DNA of 60,506 nucleotides from positions 1-60,506 of the IMG/VR virus record IMGVR_UViG_3300036800_000125. One strand, written 5' to 3'. Of the stretch, positions 55,287 through 60,506 are shown piece by piece (within the stretch, counting starts at the first letter, position 1; every line of letters starts with the position of its first letter). A program made the translations under genes and the position numbers. This stretch comes from a virus (lineage: Duplodnaviria > Caudoviricetes). The notes under the pieces are model-generated. The model ran no database searches. It was not told the origin of the DNA and saw nothing but the letters and a program-made list of their open reading frames with translations.

Positions 55287-57573
55287 TGACGTAGATCCTC
55301 TCTGCCATTAGCGGGGTACCGAACCCGGCGATTCTATTGCCTACACACACCACGACATCATGGTTTACCGCGATCGTTTCTATCGTACGCTTTAGCGCTG
55401 GAAATCTAAAGCGGTTCACCCGAAGATATACTTCTTCGTCAGTCGTGTCAAAGCACCGTATAGAGCAGTAGGCGAGCAGGTCCGGACGCTTGAGGGTCTT
55501 GAGAATCGTCTCGACCTCCTCGCCGGTTCGCGAGCGGCGGTTCTCTACGGCATCCTGGTAGTTGATCTCTCGGACCATCCCCATGTAGACAACGCGCGGA
55601 CCCTTCCCGTAGGCAGCCTTGGCGTTCGCCCCGTAATTCTGCTCTACCTGGATCTCAGCCGTTTGCGTCCCGTCATGCGTTGGCCTTGGCACTTCGAAAT
55701 GACGGGCGGAACGTCCGCGTTCCTTGGTTATCCAGGCGAGAGCTTTAGCCAGAGACTTCTTGGTTCGGTTCAGCTCGAAAGGATCTTCGGCTGTTGCGAA
55801 CTCATGCATCTTCAGGACGGTCTTCGGGCCGATGCCCGGTACGATCTGCATATCTGACCAGTTCTGCCAGCCGCCTTCCGGCCGGTGCTCCTCGATCTTC
55901 TCGCTGGTCTTTGCTGCGATGCCGGTGATCTGTTCCCATCCGGCTACAAGCATCGGTTTGCCGGTCTCGCCCTCGTAGGCTCCGATCCAGCTACGGCTGC
56001 TCATTGATAGTCGGGGTGGACTGATCGCTATCCCGTGGTTCTGGGCGTCCTTCATCAGCTTGAAGCGGCTCTCTGCGTCTCCCTCCTTTGCGAGGGAGGC
56101 TGCATAGAACTCCAGCGGGTAGTGGGCCTTCAACCATGCACACCATAGCCCCAGGATTGAGTAGGAAACCGAATGGGCATAGACAAAAGCATATGTGCCC
56201 GAAGTAACAAGTCTCTTCCAAATTCTCTGGGCTGTCTTCTCGTCGATTCCATGTAGCCGGAATGCTCCCTCCACAAAGTTGCCCATTGAAACATTGAAAG
56301 CCGCTTCGCCGATCTTCTTGGCGATGATTCGTCGGATCTCGTTCGCGTTCGTCCAATCGAATCCGCCTACCTCTCGAACGATTTGGAGGATCTGCTCCTG
56401 GTATATGATTTGGCCGCGCGTGTGAGCTGTGATGCGATCTGTGATCGGATGAAAGCGCTCTGGCTTCCTTCGTCCGTGCTTGACATCGCAGTACTCCGCT
56501 GTCGTACCAGAGAACAGTGGCCCCGGACGAGATAGCGCATTGATGTCAATGACTTCTCCAAAGTTGTCTGGAGATACATCACGGTTGACAAGGCGGGTAG
56601 CTCGACCCTCAAACTGAAAGATGCCCGTGACATCACCCCGTTTGAATACCGCGAGTGCGTCGGGATCATCGTCAGGTATCGCATACAAATCCTCCAGGGT
56701 AAGGTTAGCTAGCTCAAGGCAGTTGGCTATGATTCCCATCGTACTCAGACCAAGCAGGTCCATCTTGATCATGCCGGCGTACTCAACGTCATACTTATCG
56801 ATGCTCAGGACGGAACGGCCGTCCCGGTCGTACACGCTACATACATCGGTCAACGGGGTATTAGAGACGATCAGCCCAGCCGCGTGAATACTCATTCCGC
56901 GGACGTTACCCTCAAGCCGGGTCGCCTGCATGATCTTCGGGAACTGATCAGCGATCGCCTGAGCGGCCGGGAACATTTCGAACGTGTCTTGCAGGCTAGC
57001 GCTGAAGCGGGAGTCACCGCCCGAGCGCTCGATAACCCGTTTGCTTACTTCGGTCTTGGCCCAATGCGGGATCCCGTAGACTCGGCAGGTGTCGTCGAGC
57101 GAGTTCTTTCCACGGTATCGTACAAAGTTTGCAACAGTTCCGACACATTCAGGTCCATACCGAGCGGCCATGTAATCGCGAACTTCGTACCTCCGTTCAT
57201 CCGATATGTCAAGGTCAATGTCCGGCGGGTCGGTTCGGGTGACATCGATAAACCTCTCGAACAGGAGATGTGGGTAGCGGATAGGATCCACCTCGGTGAT
57301 GCGAAGGAGCCAGCTCACCACGGAGGCGGCGACAGAGCCGCGCCCCGGACCCATCGGGATGCCGGAGTCCTTTGCACGACGGACCATGTCGCTCGTGGCG
57401 AGGAAGAAGTCGATATAATCCTTGTCGGTGATCAGGCCCATCTCATACTTGACGCGCCCGGCATACCAGTCCTGATCCTTCTGCGGTCGCTGACTGATCT
57501 TCCGATACTTCCAGCCAAATCTAAGCCACTGCCATATGAGTTCTTCAGAGCTGACCGTAACGTTCGTCTGCAT
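55273..57573 (-). CDS. dnaE: DNA polymerase III alpha subunit, catalytic/C-terminal part
   Basis: GPGRGS, LLFERF, PDIDLD, HAAGL, KMDLLGL, GIFQFE, RPGPL, YQEQ, YAF..AHS, WLKAHYP. Confidence 0.93.
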   Translation of the reverse strand: MQTNVTVSSEELIWQWLRFGWKYRKISQRPQKDQDWYAGRVKYEMGLITDKDYIDFFLATSDMVRRAKDSGIPMGPGRGSVAASVVSWLLRITEVDPIRYPHLLFERFIDVTRTDPPDIDLDISDERRYEVRDYMAARYGPECVGTVANFVRYRGKNSLDDTCRVYGIPHWAKTEVSKRVIERSGGDSRFSASLQDTFEMFPAAQAIADQFPKIMQATRLEGNVRGMSIHAAGLIVSNTPLTDVCSVYDRDGRSVLSIDKYDVEYAGMIKMDLLGLSTMGIIANCLELANLTLEDLYAIPDDDPDALAVFKRGDVTGIFQFEGRATRLVNRDVSPDNFGEVIDINALSRPGPLFSGTTAEYCDVKHGRRKPERFHPITDRITAHTRGQIIYQEQILQIVREVGGFDWTNANEIRRIIAKKIGEAAFNVSMGNFVEGAFRLHGIDEKTAQRIWKRLVTSGTYAFVYAHSVSYSILGLWCAWLKAHYPLEFYAASLAKEGDAESRFKLMKDAQNHGIAISPPRLSMSSRSWIGAYEGETGKPMLVAGWEQITGIAAKTSEKIEEHRPEGGWQNWSDMQIVPGIGPKTVLKMHEFATAEDPFELNRTKKSLAKALAWITKERGRSARHFEVPRPTHDGTQTAEIQVEQNYGANAKAAYGKGPRVVYMGMVREINYQDAVENRRSRTGEEVETILKTLKRPDLLAYCSIRCFDTTDEEVYLRVNRFRFPALKRTIETIAVNHDVVVCVGNRIAGFGTPLMAERIYVIDPD

Positions 57574-57913
57574 CAATCGCCTCCTCGCCAGCCGCGATCT
57601 CCGCTTTGATCGCCTCAACATGATCGCCGTGATTGTAGCAGACTAGCTGAGTGCTGCCATCTTCATTCGTGACCAGATGGAACATATCACCCTGGCACTC
57701 AACGCACCTAATCATCATCAACTTAATCGCCTCTCCATCTTCTAGCTTACCATACACCCCGAGTTCCTTGAGTTGCCCTGATGTCACGGCAATGACCTTC
57801 AAGACGACCAGGGCGGCGAGGTCGATAGTCGGGCGGCCGAGCGGCCAATCCCTGATAACTTCCCAGGCGGCATCGAGCTGCGGCTTGAGTTCGTCAAGGA
57901 GAGCGAGGTTCAT
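57545..57913 (-). CDS. hypothetical protein with CxxC...CxxH
   Basis: ORF between the dnaE parts. Confidence 0.65.
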   Translation of the reverse strand: MNLALLDELKPQLDAAWEVIRDWPLGRPTIDLAALVVLKVIAVTSGQLKELGVYGKLEDGEAIKLMMIRCVECQGDMFHLVTNEDGSTQLVCYNHGDHVEAIKAEIAAGEEAIDADERYGQL

Positions 57914-57918
57914 CTCCT

Positions 57919-58092
57919 CTACCAGTTTACGTGACCGTACACGACGAGCTGCAGGAGTATCTCTATTGCCGATCCGACCGCCAGTATGACCACGGCGATC
58001 TTTAGCTGCTCCCATATCCCCCACCCGATGTAGGTTAGCCAAGCTGATATTTTTCGGGCACGCGCTCGCGTAGGCTTACCAGTTTGTCCCAT
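57919..58092 (-). CDS. small membrane protein
   Basis: hydrophobic C-terminus; start uncertain. Confidence 0.45.
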   Translation of the reverse strand: MGQTGKPTRARARKISAWLTYIGWGIWEQLKIAVVILAVGSAIEILLQLVVYGHVNW

Positions 58093-58400
58093 AGAACTCG
58101 CTCCGTTTCGTTCCAGTCTCCGGTGAAGTGCTGGATGGCCAGAACACCGCAAGCAACGACATCGGCCAATTCGCCGAGAAGTTCTTCCCTGTGTTCCCAG
58201 AACCCCAAGTCACTCTCCTTGCGAGGATTCTGTCCAGTCATCAATATGAATGCCTCGACTACCTCGCCAGCTTCTTCTGTGATCTTTGCTATTCTTGCCC
58301 AATCCTGGGCTAGCGATGGGCGCTGGTATTCTATAGGAACGTCACTATCGATCCAGTTGTTGACCTCGGTAACGGCCTTGCCGACTTCGCTCATGTCCAT
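58035..58400 (-). CDS. MazG-like nucleotide pyrophosphohydrolase
   Basis: KITEEAGEV...GQNPRK...ELADV. Confidence 0.82.
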   Translation of the reverse strand: MDMSEVGKAVTEVNNWIDSDVPIEYQRPSLAQDWARIAKITEEAGEVVEAFILMTGQNPRKESDLGFWEHREELLGELADVVACGVLAIQHFTGDWNETERVLWDKLVSLRERVPEKYQLG

Positions 58401-58404
58401 GACT

Positions 58405-58812
58405 CTATGCTCTCTTCCTGTGTCTTCCGCATACACATCCAGGATCGCATTTCTTCCCGGGCTTCGTGTGCTTTCCGCATTTGCAACCTTCGGCACATTC
58501 CCCTGTCGTATGCGGATTCGAGATACCCTTCTTGGCGGCTGATATTTTCTCCCTGGTCTCTTCCGTGTGTTTACGTCCTTTGTTGTCGTATCGCATATGG
58601 CACAGGGTACATCTTGGCTCGTAGTTTTGTACATCGAGCCTGTCGGTATCGTGAATACTTGACCAGTCTTCTGCTATACAACCGCAATCTACGCAATTGT
58701 GTTCGTCGGCATCTCCGCGAACTCTTCTGACTCTTTTATGCATCCCATTGCGACCTACTTTGTCCCCAACCCATCTAGGACTTTCCGAACCTATCTGCCC
58801 CTTGCGTCCCAC
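58405..58812 (-). CDS. HNH-type homing endonuclease with NUMOD3-like motif
   Basis: CVDCG...NYEPRCTLCHMRYD; GRKHTEETREKISAAKKG. Confidence 0.75.
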   Translation of the reverse strand: MGRKGQIGSESPRWVGDKVGRNGMHKRVRRVRGDADEHNCVDCGCIAEDWSSIHDTDRLDVQNYEPRCTLCHMRYDNKGRKHTEETREKISAAKKGISNPHTTGECAEGCKCGKHTKPGKKCDPGCVCGRHRKRA

Positions 58813-59787
58813 GGTTCCATATCCTTCGGGGTGATCGGATAACGCAATTTCTCTGCTTTCGGAAGAACAACATTGCATCGGTCTGCGATAATGACCGTAT
58901 TCTCGATCGCCTCTATTGCTTGTTTATTGCCAATTCCGGTTTTTAGCAACCTACTCCTCAGTTCCGTGTCTGAATCTGGCAGGCACAAAGGCACCGAGTA
59001 ATTCCATTCGCGCATGGCATCGTCAACGCTCGCCTTACCGCGATGAACCGCATGAAGGACTGCTTGCATCTCCGAGTCTTCCATGCGCGGGTAGTGAACA
59101 TCGAATGTTACCACGAGCGGGACATCCCACCGTTTACTCAGCTGGGCATAGGCGGTATTGATAGCGCAGGTGCGGGGGAGTTCGTAGAACGGCTGGATCT
59201 CTAGGAAGTATCGGTCTCCGAAGAGCCTGGAGAATCGCTCGATGATCCTTCCGGCAGCTTCAAAGTCAGGGTCGTCGTTATGCTCAGGATTTCCCTTTCC
59301 TCCAAGGAGGGAGCAGGCGAGGAGACTTCCAGAGCATCCAGAAAGAGCGACAATGTCTCCGGAAAGTTCCGCAAGGTTACCCCCGGATACTGTAGGGTGG
59401 TAATAGTAATCTCGATACGATCGTTCGACGATTTGATTGAGGTTTCGATAGCCACGGGCGGTGGCAGCGAGTAGCGTGAGGTGGTGCTTGTAGGCGGATC
59501 GGACGGGGAGGAGCTCGACTTCTCCTCTTCGCTGAACGAGCCGTCGTTCGTCATTTTCTTCCAGTACCGATCCACAGTATACCTCACATCCAAATATAGG
59601 TTTGACTCCTATTTCCACAGCAGCCTTTTCGAACTGGAAATGACTGGACACGTTGCCATAATCCATGTTCAGTCAGGGCCATGGCTGAATAGCCTAGTTC
59701 TGCTGCCCGCTGAACATGCTGCGCCGGGGTACCAAAACCGTCACCAAAGCTGAACGTGGAGTGGTGGTGTAGTGAAACTGGCATCAT
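58791..59787 (-). CDS. dnaE: DNA polymerase III alpha N-terminal PHP domain, frameshifted at about 59656-59666
   Basis: HHHSTFSFGDG and ALTEHG in one frame; NVSSH, KPIFGCE, HLTLLA, LSGC, YFLEIQ, DVHY in the next. Confidence 0.85.
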
Positions 59788-59810
59788 CCGGCATCACCTC
59801 CTTCCATACG

Positions 59811-59996
59811 CTATCGATCTTCCTCGACTACTATTTCCATAACATTGCTCGTATACGGAATCTGATGCTTGTCTGTGGTGTAAGGGTACACCTGCTTTTT
59901 GGGTAGCGTTACCAGGGTGTAAGCGACCGTTCGCTCAACGTGACTGGCTTCATAGGTTGTCACGCTTCCATCAGACCAGTGAATGTGAACCTTCAC
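59811..59996 (-). CDS. hypothetical protein
   Basis: GTG start overlapping the upstream TGA. Confidence 0.6.
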   Translation of the reverse strand: MKVHIHWSDGSVTTYEASHVERTVAYTLVTLPKKQVYPYTTDKHQIPYTSNVMEIVVEEDR

Positions 59997-60382
59997 CAGT
60001 GAACCTCTCTTGGGCCGAAGTCCTGCTCTACGTCTGCGGGGACGCCGCGCCGCGTACTGATCAGGCCGCTCCCGGTACAAGTACTGCAGCTACGGATGTT
60101 CGCCTGGCGCGGGCCGAGCGTCATCCTGCCGGCGATGACCATGCGGACGTTTACCGGGATTGGCCCCCAGCCGGTATCGTGGTGAAGATACTGGACACCC
60201 ACGGTACAGTGCGGGCACTTCTTCTCATAGTAGGCGGGGTTGGCGTAGCGACGGATGACGAGACGGCTCCGGCGATTTGCAATACAGAACACCAGGTAAC
60301 CGATCATGGCCAGTGTGAAGAACCCGAGCCAGAGTATTATCCAGAACATTTCACTCCTTGACGGCCGGGTTCCCCCACTCAC
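59993..60382 (-). CDS. membrane-anchored protein with DnaJ-type Zn finger
   Basis: N-terminal TM; CPHC...CSTCTGSG. Confidence 0.65.
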   Translation of the reverse strand: MSGGTRPSRSEMFWIILWLGFFTLAMIGYLVFCIANRRSRLVIRRYANPAYYEKKCPHCTVGVQYLHHDTGWGPIPVNVRMVIAGRMTLGPRQANIRSCSTCTGSGLISTRRGVPADVEQDFGPREVHW

Positions 60383-60506
60383 CCCAGCCGTTGTCTTCCG
60401 AGCGGAGATAGAAGCCGATCATGATGATTCGCTCTTTCGTCGAATAGCATTTTTCATTGCAGATATCCTATTCGCCTCGTGTTCCGGCGTTCTATTCAAT
60501 GCTGCC

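Noticed and set aside
57574-58790. Group I intron or intein joining the dnaE parts
   Set aside because: Gap is filled by four packed ORFs, no intron core or intein terminal motifs recognised, and the downstream part has its own strong RBS

Overview
This 60.5 kb GC-rich window is a segment of a tailed (siphovirus-like) actinobacterial phage genome. No integrase, tRNA, rRNA or CRISPR array was recognised. Layout: (i) 1-13.2 kb, mostly leftward replication and early genes (Prim-Pol/AAA helicase, RuvC-like resolvase on the opposite strand, GIY-YIG nuclease, DUF3631-like NTPase, DUF2786 protein); (ii) a repeat-rich non-coding block at 13.2-14.05 kb, a self-contained leftward cassette of tiny early genes at 14.1-18.1 kb, and a second repeat-rich non-coding block at 18.1-18.7 kb; (iii) rightward membrane/secreted genes, then terminase, portal, ClpP-type protease, HK97 capsid, head-tail, tail, tape measure, a large tail protein and lysis genes (18.7-52.4 kb); (iv) leftward NlpC/P60 and LysM-Rpf secreted hydrolases, dCMP deaminase and a fragmented DnaE polymerase interrupted by an HNH gene, a MazG-like gene and two small ORFs. 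Most notable signals: strong depletion of TG/TC/CA/GA dinucleotides around promoters, together with a phage-wide non-canonical promoter STAGCS-N18/19-TANNNT (suggesting dinucleotide-specific DNA hypermodification); a four-copy covarying two-hairpin element glued to stop codons in the early cassette; a promoter-terminator bounded small RNA with an SD-AUG-UAA minigene; a three-piece dnaE with a 7-nt insertion in the PHP motif; and a phage-borne Rpf plus NlpC/P60 operon. All protein calls come from motif recognition by eye; no database searches were run.
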